A stretch of 62,004 nt of DNA, filler included, from Sphacelaria rigidula (lineage: Eukaryota), in the NCBI GenBank assembly GCA_964200075.2. It is 4 parts of 4 records of this genome, joined end to end, with 100 filler letters (N's around TTAATTAATTAA, not from the genome) between each part and the next. Parts side by side here need not be neighbours in the genome. Positions count along the whole stretch, not along the records: positions 46,580 to 62,004 come from CAXNAA020001755.1; 3 more parts are not named here. One strand, written 5' to 3'. The notes beneath the pieces were generated by a model. The model saw only the letters and a program-made list of their open reading frames with translations. It did no database searches and was not told the DNA's origin. The stretch's first letter is position 1; every line of letters starts with the position of its first letter. The position numbers were made by a program, and so were the translations under genes. Below are positions 50,801 to 62,004 of this stretch, piece after piece.

Positions 50801-51948
50801 GCAAAGCCGGGACGGATCACGCCGGGTTTTCGTCGGACCAGCGCTGGTTGGTTTGGGGGGGCTGTTATCGCGACATCACTCATAAGCACGTACAAATTTA
50901 TCGCGGTTGGTCACAGACAGTACAGCACAGCTGCCGGCTGCGCTGTGGGTAGCAGGAGAAGCGGGAGAAGCACGCAAATTGCGCAAATACAGTCTGTTGA
51001 CCTCTAGATGCAACTGGTCACAAAAACGGAGGGGGCTGCGGCTTTTTTCTGCGTGAAGTTTGTGGCCATCAGACCCCTGTTAGCTGTGATGAGACGCATT
51101 TTTCATGCTCTGCATGTCTCTCGAACAAGCTTCGAGTTCGTATGCCTCCAGTTGCCGCCGGCAGAATATATAGACAGCTGTTAGCTTGCGGTTGCAAGAT
51201 GTTATGCGCATGGTCACCATGAACGGCTACGTACAACGTGCGCTAGTTTGTCGAGATTTGTGGGGAAAAGACGTTGGTTTTGCAACCTGCCACGCAAGCG
51301 TCCAAACTTTTCACAAACCTAAACGGTTGACATTGCATATATACTCATGTCACGGAATAAACTCGGCTTAGTATTGAAGAGGTTTACCGTCGTGACTGGG
51401 GATCCACTCCGTGATGAAAACATTACAGTGTTACAAATTAGTTTAAGATCTCAACAAAGAACCGCATGTGGGGAAAAAACACCGCGTTGGACGAGTGAGC
51501 AGGTTGTTCTTCGCATTTGCCAAGTATTGGGACCAGGCACATCAAGCATATGAATTGAGTACTTGTATTGCACCTGATTGTTTGCGATCGACTCTGGAGT
51601 TGAACAGTAGGAGGCGTGTATAATCGCTGTTTGGTTTTCCCCTCGACATCATTGAAGTCGCCGCAGTGCGTGATATCTGCTACTGTAAAAGGAGTGGTGG
51701 TGAATGGAGTTCGCGCATGTGTTTGTCTCTAGCGATCTAGTTTGGAACGTGTTGACGGGCATGGCAAATGCACTCTGTCAACCATCAGAGGGATATGTGT
51801 TCGATTACAATGACACAAGTTATCCGTTTTGCAGCCGCAGCGTACCAGCGACCAAGGAGTCTTCTCGCGGGTGATCGTTCGCGGACGTAATCAACATCAG
51901 CATGGTTAGCGGTCAACGCTTTTTTGCAGGTTCTGGAAGAACATTCAC

Positions 51949-52270
51949 GGTGTGTGTGTGTGTCTGTGTGTTTCCCTCACACTTTGAACCCCTCCCCTTC
52001 CTCGGGATGAGTCCGTGGTCTCAAAAATCAACCCATCTCTCCCCCGGTACGTGCCTTTCATGTTGGTCTCGCGGATTAGATCAGCACTCTCGCACCGCGT
52101 CAACTCACGTCACACAAACCCAGTCGAAAAGTTTCGTTTACTCACGCTCTCACGCTTTACACGGTGGAAATCATACATCACGAACAAAAAACCCCAACGC
52201 ATCGGGAATCGAACCCCCGTTCTCTCCACCCTAATGGCGACAGTCGGACCATTACACCACCGGGGCGCGG
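51949..52270 (-). mobile_element. tRNA-derived SINE family B
   Basis: Minus-strand head gccccggtggtgtaatggt (A box)...ggttcgattccc (B box); (CA)n tail. Confidence 0.75.
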
Positions 52271-52321
52271 CATGCATACATGATAATATAGTAGAGTGCA
52301 GTGCAGTACATTGCGGTTCAG

Positions 52322-52485
52322 GTCAGTACAGTACAGTACAGTACAGTACAGGACTGGACTGGACTGGACTGGACTGGACTGGACTGGACTGGACTGGACT
52401 GGACTGGACTGGACTGGACTGGACTGGACTGGACTGGACCGGACCGGACTGGACTGGACAGGACAGGACGGGACGGGACGGGACG
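52322..52485. repeat. Compound pentanucleotide microsatellite (CAGTA)n-(GGACT)n-(GGACG)n
   Basis: Directly visible. Confidence 0.95.
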
Positions 52486-52989
52486 ATACGGCAATGCTTC
52501 ACTCTCCACCGCGAAAGGCAGGCAGGGTGTACAGGATGATGCGATTGCAACAGCGACGTGTGTTGAGGGTGCTCCTCTTATGGCAAGCACCTTGTCCGTG
52601 ATCACATGATACCTATCGCTACTGTTATGCGCTGGCTACACAGGCCTGGATGGCCTGGCAAGGGACCCAAAGTACGCTTCTCATCGATGGGCATGTGCGC
52701 TCACAAATGGATCTGCCGCTTGTTTCCCGCAATAACACTACTGTAACGGCGGTTGCTCCAAGGATAGTTATTGGTAACCGTCACAAACAACGTAAATGAC
52801 CATCACGGCGCCTGCTGAGCACGCTGCTATCGCCGGCTGCTCGGGATTGGAGGGTGTACTAGACGAGGACATTGCATTGTCAACAGATTTTCGCGTACCT
52901 GCCGTGCCCTTCCCCGGGCAGGTGTGCCTCCTTCGATGTTCGTTGTGTTTTCACAAACCGTCATCGTAATTTTTCAAGAGTGTGCTGGA

Positions 52990-55735
52990 TAGGGTATGTA
53001 CTCTCCAGTATCCGGGTATAATACCCGGGTATTTACGTTGCCTATGTTTTTGGTCGATTGGGTTAGACCTCAAGTACCCCACCTAAATATTGGGTAGAGT
53101 CGGGTATGATGTCAATACTCTACCCAAAGAATGGGTAGAGTTGGGTATTATGTCAATACTCTACCTCTATATCGGGAAAGTACTCTTAGCAATACCCGGG
53201 AATAGGGTATCACTTGGGTATGACCTCTCAATACTCTACCCAAATATTGAGTAGAATCGGGATATGATCTTAATGATCTATCCAAACATCGAGTAAGTAC
53301 TCTCAGCAGTACCGGCATGTGGAGTATCAGTTGGGTATGATCGAAATACCATACGCAAAGTTTGGGTAGATTTGAGTATGATCTCAAACTTTACCCAATA
53401 TTTGGTTAGAGTTGGATACGACGTCGATACTCTACCTAAATATTGGTCAAGTAATCTCAGTAACCTTGACTGTGAGGACGAATGATGACCACCAGCAAAT
53501 AAAAAAGGTGTAATTTTGTCGCCCCCCGCATGACAACTTCGAATTGTGGCCAGATATTAGTTTCCACACATAGCGCCCACCACCTTCTTGCGTGTACTTG
53601 AGTAGACGGGTAGAAGGGATAAGAAACGAGTGCCACTGCGGACCACACCCTACCGAAACTACTACAGACAGTGCACTTGGTATATTGCAGAACAGGACAA
53701 TATAGTATACCATTGCTACAACATACAACAGTGTGACGTAGTAAGATGAGTCTCACGTATTTTTTGCCTATACTACAGTAGAATACTTTAATGCACCAGC
53801 TGTACCATGCTTCTAGTTTCGGTAGCATAAATGTAGTATCTAACACGTATATACTTGTAAGGTGAAGACAAATATGCGACAACGACGGATGCCCTTGATG
53901 TTGTCAAGAGGCAATCTATTGCGCCGTGTTCAAATTCAGGTCCCGTCCTGTTCTTTCCTACGATATGGTATGCTGATGACACTGTCTGTTCAGTAGTTGC
54001 GGTAGTATGTTGTAGCGTCTAACACATATATACTCGTGAGAACTGAGGAAAACTAAACAACGAAGATAGATGAAGTTGATTGTGTGCGTAGGGTCAGTGA
54101 ACGCGCGAAAACGGACCTTTCAAACCGTGGGCACAAAATGTAAGTTACTATCAACACGTCTTGTAGATACATACCCCTGAATAAATTACGCTGGTATTTC
54201 CTTCAAGTTCCGGGTAGATTGGGTGCGACCTGAAATACTCTACTCAAGTAATGGCCAGAGCTGGGTATGATATCAATACTCGACCTACATGTTGGATGAG
54301 TACAAGCTGGGCCGCCCAAGACGCGGACAGGGATGTGAAGACGCGATTATGCAGCTCAATCTTGGGTCGTTTTCTATAAACATTTGACACGATGTACAGG
54401 ACGTATGTGCGACGACTCAATCATCTGCCCCCTACTTTTTCTTTTTTTCCGTGAGTTATTTACGATTTAGTTCCGAAAAAACTATTCCGAAATATTTAGT
54501 CGTTACTAACTCACGGAAAATGAAAATAACATGTAGGGGGCAAATGATAGAGTCTTTGCACATATGTCCTGTACATCGTCTCAGAATTTCATAGAAAACG
54601 ACCCAAAATGAGCAGCATAATCGCGTGTTCGTGTCGAAGACCGGTTCCTACGTGGAGATGAACCAGCCACAAAAACATGAAACGCGGGTATGCTGTTTAA
54701 TTAAGTCTTTTTCCACGATTTTTTTACACGATGTGCATGAGGTATATTGTATAGACCCTATTGTCCCCCCATGATATATTTTTTCAATGAGTTGGCGACG
54801 ATTTTGTACCGAAATAAGTCATTCCGAATTTTCGAGCGCCAATAACTCATGAGGGGAAAGCAAAACAAAATGAAGGGGAAATGATCGAGGCTTCGGACAT
54901 ATCTCATGCACATCGTGTCGAAATTTCATAGCAAACGACTCAAAATTGACCAGCACAACTGTGCTTTTCTCTTGAGAACCGGTTGACTTGCTTTCTTCGG
55001 ACAACAACCTCAGCCCAAACTCTGACCTTCTCTACAAGCTTTCTTCACCCACTGCTCACCGGTTCGCATACTACTACCAGACGCCTTAGCGCGCTGGAGG
55101 TCTCGTCTGCGTGCCATCTCAGACACGGCGCGCCTACAGTACGATATGCATTGTTGTACAGCCACAACTTGTGTAGTACCATCACTTTGCGGCCGCGGCA
55201 CAACCCGACCGTAACCGAAAATGCGATTTCATCCGTTTTCCCCCCCTGATTCCGCCGCACTTGCCACCCTCAACTCTCTACGCTTCGCAGCTGACTACAG
55301 TTCGGTATTTCGTTGGATGGGAACTTGTCAGATCGCAGTGCTACGTGACGTGGAAGACACGCGTTGTTTTTCAGATTACCACAACGTGTCACAGTAGGCA
55401 CAACTCGCGATATATCATCAGTTAGAAGCGGTTGACGGAAAGTCCGCTTCTTAGGCGGCCCAGCCTGTACTCTCGGCAATACCCGGGTACAGATTATCAC
55501 TTGGATATATCACTTTACTCAAATATTAGGTAGATTTGGGTACAATCTCAATACCCTACCCAAAATCTGAGTAGAGTTGGGTATAACCTCAATGCTTTAC
55601 CCCAAAATTGGGCAAGTATTGTACTCTCGGTAATGCCTCGGTGTGGAGCATCAGCTAGGTATGAACTCGGTACTCTACTCAAAGTTTGAGTAGAGTATGC
55701 TATGATCTCAATACTTGACCCAAACTTCGGGTACA
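52990..55735. repeat. 41-bp palindromic minisatellite array split by two insertions
   Basis: Unit ~gggtagagttgggtatgatctcaatactctacccaaatatt (starts at 53092 and 53133); blocks 52990-53465, 54210-54302 and 55468-55735. Confidence 0.88.
54303..55467. mobile_element. Non-autonomous Tc1/mariner-like element with two internal hairpins
   Basis: TA|caagctgggccgcccaaga...tcttaggcggcccagcctg|TA; internal foldbacks ~54340-54628 and ~54685-54965. Confidence 0.8.
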
Positions 55736-56538
55736 ATGGGTGCTTTTCCTGGCGCACGTTTTTATCCACTGACGCTTTTTTTTGGTCTCTCCAGCTACGT
55801 CGGTATGCCATCTATCGACGTGATTGATTCGCATTCCGCGCGGTGAGAATAGGAAGGTTTCAAACAACCGTACAATCCTGCTCGGCCGTTTGCTCTGCTG
55901 TTGTCAGAGGGTTAAACGCATACGCTTCACCCACGAGGCGCCCACTTCAACACGCTAGCTTCCGGGGCTTCCTGCACAGCTCTTGTATTGATTTGTCCTG
56001 TGTGAAGTTGAGTCATACTTCACCTAGGACATTTGAAGCAGGTATTTCGCCCCGGTGGAAGTCTTGCGCGATTTGTGGCTGAGTTAGGCCCGTTATTATC
56101 GATCTTGTTTTTCGGAGATCACCGAAAATTCCGGGCATAGATCATATTCGAAAGCTTGTGAGCCCCACGGCGTACACACAGGGCAGCTCTCCGAATTACT
56201 GGGTTGCAATCCTAAATAGCCAGACTTGTCTGAAAATAGAGGTTTGGAGAAAAAAATCACGCTGCTTCATTGTTGGAGAAGCCCGAGCGCAGAGTCCGAC
56301 ATGTCAGAAAAACTCAGAGATGCCTGATAAACAGTGTCGACAATAATGGGCATTTCTCTATTTATAGGGTGCCGTACTGTACGTGTTTTGGCGACGGATT
56401 GCGGTACCGTAGATGTGACCCTCTATGAGTTAATGTTAGATGGCAGCTTTTTAACTTTCGAGCAAAAAAATACGTTGTGTAGAAGTCAAACCCATGGCAG
56501 CTGTTTGGTTTCCTCGAACGTGGATGATGGCAGTTCTA

Positions 56539-56890
56539 TGTGTTGCCATCCCATCTATTCTGGACACCAGTCTAAACCTTTCGGTATATGTGGGTGCATC
56601 AGCCGGGGTCACACAGGAGGAAAGCCGACACAGGAGTTTTTCTGTTGTTTTAGTTCCCCACCTTTCTCGTGCGGTGCTTGCCCTATGTTTTATCGCGAGG
56701 GGGGTTCCGTAGCCCCTCTCCCTTGTCGACCGTAAAGCCGAAATCTGTGTACCAAAGACGTGGTCAGTCACTCTCCGCTCTTGGGCATAGTGTGAGAAAA
56801 AATCCCAGATCGTGTGACTTTACCGAGATTCGAACCCACTATCCAACCATCAGAAGGATTCGGGGTTACCAACTGAGCCAGGACGACCGG
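56539..56890 (-). mobile_element. tRNA-derived SINE family A
   Basis: Minus-strand head tggctcagttggt (A box)...gggttcgaatctc (B box). Confidence 0.8.
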
Positions 56891-57449
56891 CCACTGGCAG
56901 TAGGATCCAATATTCAATATGGGTAAGCGTAACAACACGGGGCTTGCAGTTGAAAGTGCAGAGAGAGAACAGGATCACTGGTACACTGTACACGCACCAC
57001 CCTCGACCAGCTGGACCGAATGTTCTCGACGCGAGATTTGTACGAAGCAGTAATCAACGACATGCAGGTCACATGTGCATTGCAGAATCTCAAACCTTGC
57101 GACGTCGTGGAGCTCCCTTGCTGTACCATCGTCCTCGACAACTGCCATTATCCCACGCGCGCCGCAACCTTCGACGGTACAACTATAGCAGTGTTTGTAT
57201 TATCATTGACGATATGGCATAGTTCCAACTAGAGAACGTCGCCACATACTACTGACGCCATTCGTACGTCATAGTGCGCAATTCTGTAGCATCCCGACAG
57301 ACTGAAATTTACAATTCTGACACCTAGGTATGCACTAGTCCCCACGGGCGGCGGTGGGGATGCAGAGGCGTGGCACATGCTCTCAACATCTCAACATGTG
57401 TACGGCGATTGCGGGGTAAACACCTCTACTGTTCGAACAGTCACTGTTT

Positions 57450-57950
57450 TCGCCGAAAAGTAACAGCAGTTTTCGACGGTTTCAGAATTTGTCGTAGCCG
57501 GTAACGGGTCCTCAGCGTTTCAGCGCGTACAACTGATACACCTAGACAGGGAGGTAGTGTCCTTACCGATACAATTACTGCTTGCATTCGATAGCGACGG
57601 TGTTCAGATAGTCCTTGCAAATATCCTGAGAGGAACAAGAAGCATGTCGTCCGCATTGATGACCTCCGCAATGCGCCGAGCTGCGGTGCAGTCCAGGGCC
57701 GCGACGTACAGGCAAGTGCTTCTAGACAATATTTTTGATCACACCGCAAGTCCTGAAGACGGGGGCTCTGAAGTCGAGGCAAAACAAAGCAGAAATTGTC
57801 GCACAGAAACCGAGGAATGGGTTCTTCTACTGCCGTCCTGCTGGTGCTTCTCTTTTGGACGCTACGTGTTGGAACGAGAGCGGATATTTTTGTGCGATGA
57901 TATACGCCGAGCATCGCCAGCAAGGGTTGCGTAACACGTGATGCAAAGCT
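57450..57950 (-). mobile_element. Ty3/gypsy pol relic (post-protease region)
   Basis: Minus-strand EEPIPRFLC...VPLRIFARTI resembles NPLPVFLA...FPRNIFARTA of the relic at 9770-10440; frameshifts and stops. Confidence 0.5.
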
Positions 57951-58816
57951 GTGTTCACCAGGCAGCGTAACTGTAGTACAGACAGTAGTGCGTAGAAAGT
58001 GGCTCAGCATTTCAAGGAGCACCTCCTGTACAGTTGATTACTTCAGTCACAGTCCAGCCCGAACGACAAGCGATAGATTCACTGACGGTCGGGTAGACTG
58101 CACTATCGATTTTGAAGGCACAAGGCGATACACAGCAGGCTGCGCACACCGCTAGTTTAATGGAGAGCGAGCGGTAAGTAGGTACCTTACCACTATGATC
58201 ACTGCGGTATTGCCTGCCGTTCCAAAGGCGTGGGACGCGGTAAATACTGTACCGTACTACAACCAGTAATTACAAAGTGTCCAGGTTCAGTCCAGCAGGA
58301 TATGTACGAGTAGACTCACGAGTCACGAGTCACGAGCATTACACCAGTCCATCGAGTGATGCTTGTATTTTGTTAGCTGCCTTTGCCAGGTGTCAATGCA
58401 CGAACGTTCTCGCTCGCGCTGAAGGAAGTGGAGCCACAACCCCCACAGCCTCGAGATGCTGAGATGTACTGTACTGGCGTCGTTAGCCGTCGCTTGTAAT
58501 TTTCGGAACTGCTCAGATTTTGTGGCCATGTTCCCCGCGACAGCTATTATAGTACGATGCAACTACAGTACAGAGTGCAGAGAGTGCAGTATCTGTATCA
58601 GCACTGGCGATTGCCATGCATGCTTTGCATGCAAGATTTGTTACCTGAGGTTGGCTGCTTGTTACACATAGTGTGCATATTTCCCTCCCTAATTGATCAT
58701 GTTGACGGCACAGGCATCGTCGTAGGCTGTGTATTCAAAAGCAGCGTCTCGCCTGGTTTAGTGTCACGTTTGTTACCACTCCTCCGAAAACAACACGGTG
58801 GCGTCGACGGGTCATC

Positions 58817-59673
58817 GGCCACTTCTTAAAGCCGGGAAACGGGCTCGCAGAGAAACACCTTTTTTGGGTGCTTTAGTGCAAGTTTTCGGCGGAACACGGG
58901 CCATGGTGGATTGGACCTCCTCTGAAAGATTACTGTGCTTTCCACAAGGATTCTAGCGCACTTTTCTCATCTTTTGTGCACACATTTTGGTCGGATGCCC
59001 GATTTTTCAACAGTCTCGAAAATCTCTCAGTTATTTGGAAAAAACTCTGGAAAATCGTCCTCTTGCTAAGCGTTGTAAGTCTTTCGCAGGAGGCCCAATC
59101 CCCCAAGGCCCGTATTCCACCAAATATTTGCTATAAAACGCGCAGAAAGAGCATTTCTCCGAGAGCCCGTTTTCCGACGGTGAGGCTACATCTTATAGTC
59201 TGAAAATGGACTCTCTGAGAACTACCCTTTTTGAGCCTTTGATCGCAAATTTTGGTGGAATACAGGCCCTCGCGGATTTGGCCTCCTCGGAAAGATTTGC
59301 TATGTTTTTCACAAGGATTATAGCACACTTTTCCGATTTTTCGTATGCCAAGTTATGCTCTTGACCATATTTTGGATTTTTCGAGTCGCCGCGAAAATCG
59401 CCCAGGTGTCGGAAAACGAACGCACTTGTCCCCGACAACTCGACGGTTTTCGCGGCGACTAAAAAATCCAACATCCGGCCAAGAGTAAAACTGGGCGTAT
59501 GGAAAATTGGAAAAGTGCGCCAGAATCCTCGTAAAAAAAATAGCAAATCTTTCCGACGAGGCCAGGTCCGTTAAGGACTGTATTCCGCCAAAAAATCGGG
59601 ATGGCAGTCTGAAAAAGGGCAGTTCTCACAGTCCGTTTTCAGACTAGAAGAAGCGGTCTGATGAGAAGGTGCC
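58817..59673. mobile_element. Older Harbinger-like MITE whose right TIR is split by a younger relative
   Basis: ggccacttcttaaagccgggaaacgggctc...gagcccgttttccgacggtga[insert]tgagaaggtgcc. Confidence 0.6.
59184..59658. mobile_element. PIF/Harbinger-like palindromic MITE
   Basis: tga|ggctacatcttatagtctg...cagactagaagaagcggtc|tga; family of 7470-7923. Confidence 0.8.
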
Positions 59674-61938
59674 TCCCGGACGGGAGGATGACGATCCGGG
59701 TTGACGTGCCCGGGGTCACTAGTAAGCGGGTTGGGTCATACAGAAGTCATAATCACATACCCCCCCAGCAACAGCGGTGTTAGCCGGCTACTCTGCTGGA
59801 GCTTGAGACTGGGATTTAACCTCTAGGAACAAAACCTGACGAAGAGGCCATAATCACAGAAGCGGCCTTGTGAAACACTCTGTCATGTTGTGCTTCAACA
59901 GCTCATATACACCGTGCGCATTGTTACCTCCTCCAAGAACTCCGGTTCCATTCGACCCGTGGCAGCGCGCAAACTGACGGTGGACACATCGCAGTAGCTG
60001 GTACGAGGCAGATAACGGGGCGATCATTTTCCATCCTCCAATCCGAAACGCATCGCACAGAACACATGCCGTACTTCATTTCAAACACAAGTTGGGCATG
60101 CAAGCAGCTACCGTTCCACGCCAAGATTGCGCCTACGACCTCACGCGAAGTGCGATTTTCGCTTGTGGCTTTGCCATCACCTTACCTGTGTGCTGCACCC
60201 CCCATGAATGATGACGATACAAACAATTTGTCCTACGAGACGGCCGAAATGTTTCGCTTTTTTTTTTGCGAGGGAAGTTCCGATGAGTATTAAAAGGCTC
60301 CGGTTTGCCCACCGCACACCTTCCCACTTCATGATGTGGCTTAAACCGTGATGACCTAACAAGCTTGGCCAGGGTGGAAAGCCTGCCATGAGCAAGCATG
60401 CTGGCTTCTTACATGGGTTGTAGACGTCGACATTGTGAAGGTTTCGTGGCGTGCACAAAATTGAAGAATTGCAAGGCTTTTGACGTGCGGTGCACGCTCT
60501 CACATCACCATCCTTGATCGGCTTGAAGAGTATGGACATGTGGAAAACGGCCGATCACGCGTGAAATCGAACGGGTGCTTCCTTGTATGCCACGTTCGCG
60601 TTAATGGCAAATCAATTCGATTTTCCCGTCTTTCATTTGCTTCGATGAGTGCTTGAGTTCGCCCTGGCCAAAATGAGGTTCGAGTGCCCAGCGTCCAGCC
60701 CCGAAACCCTTGATATTCATCATCTTTAAAAGCCCTCGAACTTTGAAACGTACCAAAAAAATGGCGGAGACCAACACTGCCAAGGGTTAGTGTCGACGTT
60801 TTTGGCCACCCTTCGAAGAAACCGGAGCGTGATGAAGTCAAGAGGATCGATGGTGCAACAAAACCATTCGACCTCTGGTTCCCAGCCGTAGGCAGTCGTT
60901 GAAGCCACGTCCTCCAAGGACCCCGATAAATTTCCATTTATCACAGCGCACGAACGGGCGATGGATATCTCATTCAAGAACAAACGTTTCGTGCAAAGGT
61001 GGTGGTGGCTTTTCCGTCATGGCCTACTCAGGCGCGATTGCTCAAAACCCGCGCTGTGGAGAAGGCACTAAAACAAGGCATACGGCATGCGTAGGAACAC
61101 GTTATCGCTAACGCGGCAGTGTCATTGACGAGGACCTCATCTCGAACCAAACGAGGAGAAGTGATGAGCTACCTACCGGAGGTGGGCATGACATGAATTG
61201 GCCTCCTCCGCCGTCTGTGCGTAGAGATATCCTTCATCGCATGCTTGTGATATGACGTATATCATGCAGTCTAACTACACCCAATAAATGCAATAAATAA
61301 GCAAGGCTGTTTTGCCGCACGTCTTTTGCCTGCGAATCGAACCGCTCCATGGATAATGTTCTAAATTTGCGCTGTCTCGTTACCATATTTCTCCGGGGTC
61401 ATAGCCCGAAAGCTGTAGCTTTGCAGAAGCAACCAGGATGCGCATGCTCATGTGTTGCTTATCCTCTGTGACGCGGGTCTAATCACATGAATATCTGCAT
61501 AAAGAAAGCCACACGGCGATGCAGGCGGTAGCGCCCATACGATGCATGCTGACGATGCTGTAGCTTGCGGAGAGCGACGCGCTTTGCTCTGCCAACTGGT
61601 CATGCGACGGTTGCGGCAGACCTCATGTAGGAGTTCAAGTTGTGGAAGGTCCGAATTTTAGGTTGAGAAACTGTTGAAGAGCTGGTGGCGGCGAGAGCTA
61701 TCATTCCCGATAAAAACTGCAAACCCCCTTGCTGGACTGTTGTGGTCCGCATCCCAAGCCCAACAAGATGATGGCACCAGGCATACACAGCAATATCCAT
61801 CAAGTCTCAACCCCCTCTATTTCGATGTGGGTGTCATCTCTTTTCTTGACAAAATCCATCCAGCTTTCCACTGCAGCACGCGCCTGGGTGTTGACTTTCA
61901 TAAGTTCAGATCTGCGACTTCATATGCAAGCGCTTTCT

Positions 61939-62004
61939 GTGTGTGTTGTGTGTGTGTTGTCGTCCCATTTATTCTGGGCACCAGTCTACATCTTTCGGTG
62001 TATG
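61939..62004 (-). mobile_element. SINE family A 3' end (truncated by window)
   Basis: tgttgtcgtcccatttattctgggcaccagtctaca matches 33773 and 56541. Confidence 0.7.

Noticed and set aside
52015-52609. WTGLD / VQSSP repeat proteins
   Set aside because: These are translations of a pentanucleotide microsatellite.
52990-55735. CRISPR array
   Set aside because: The palindromic units are contiguous and degenerate with no unique spacers, there are no cas genes, and the context is eukaryotic.
56810-56890. Functional tRNA genes (also ~52200-52270, ~34060-34139)
   Set aside because: The cloverleaf stems are not intact, and the heads are fused to repeated SINE bodies.

Overview
Eukaryotic, intron-rich, repeat-rich DNA of roughly balanced GC. 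Short GT-AG exons in kb-scale introns and the repeat landscape suggest a brown alga or related stramenopile (inference). The window is not one locus. It is four contigs of near-identical length (1-15427, 15528-30953, 31054-46479, 46580-62004) joined by 100-nt N/TTAATTAATTAA/N spacers. Three partial multi-exon genes can be rebuilt by hand with consistent splice phases. (1) A guanylate-binding-protein/atlastin-family GTPase (+, contig 1) with a probable GC-AG intron. (2) An inositol polyphosphate 5-phosphatase (+, contig 2). (3) On the minus strand of contig 3, an 8-exon, ~314-aa stretch with an MLKL-like N-terminal helical bundle, a coiled-coil brace and the N-lobe of a TKL-type kinase; this is a candidate cell-death executor and the most interesting item here. 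The rest is mobile DNA: eight copies of a TGT..ACA MITE carrying telomere-like repeats (all in contig 1), Harbinger-, Stowaway/mariner- and piggyBac-like MITEs (several nested), Ty3/gypsy relics, two tRNA-derived SINE families, a 41-bp palindromic satellite and several near-perfect hairpins. Family assignments come from motif recognition, not database searches.
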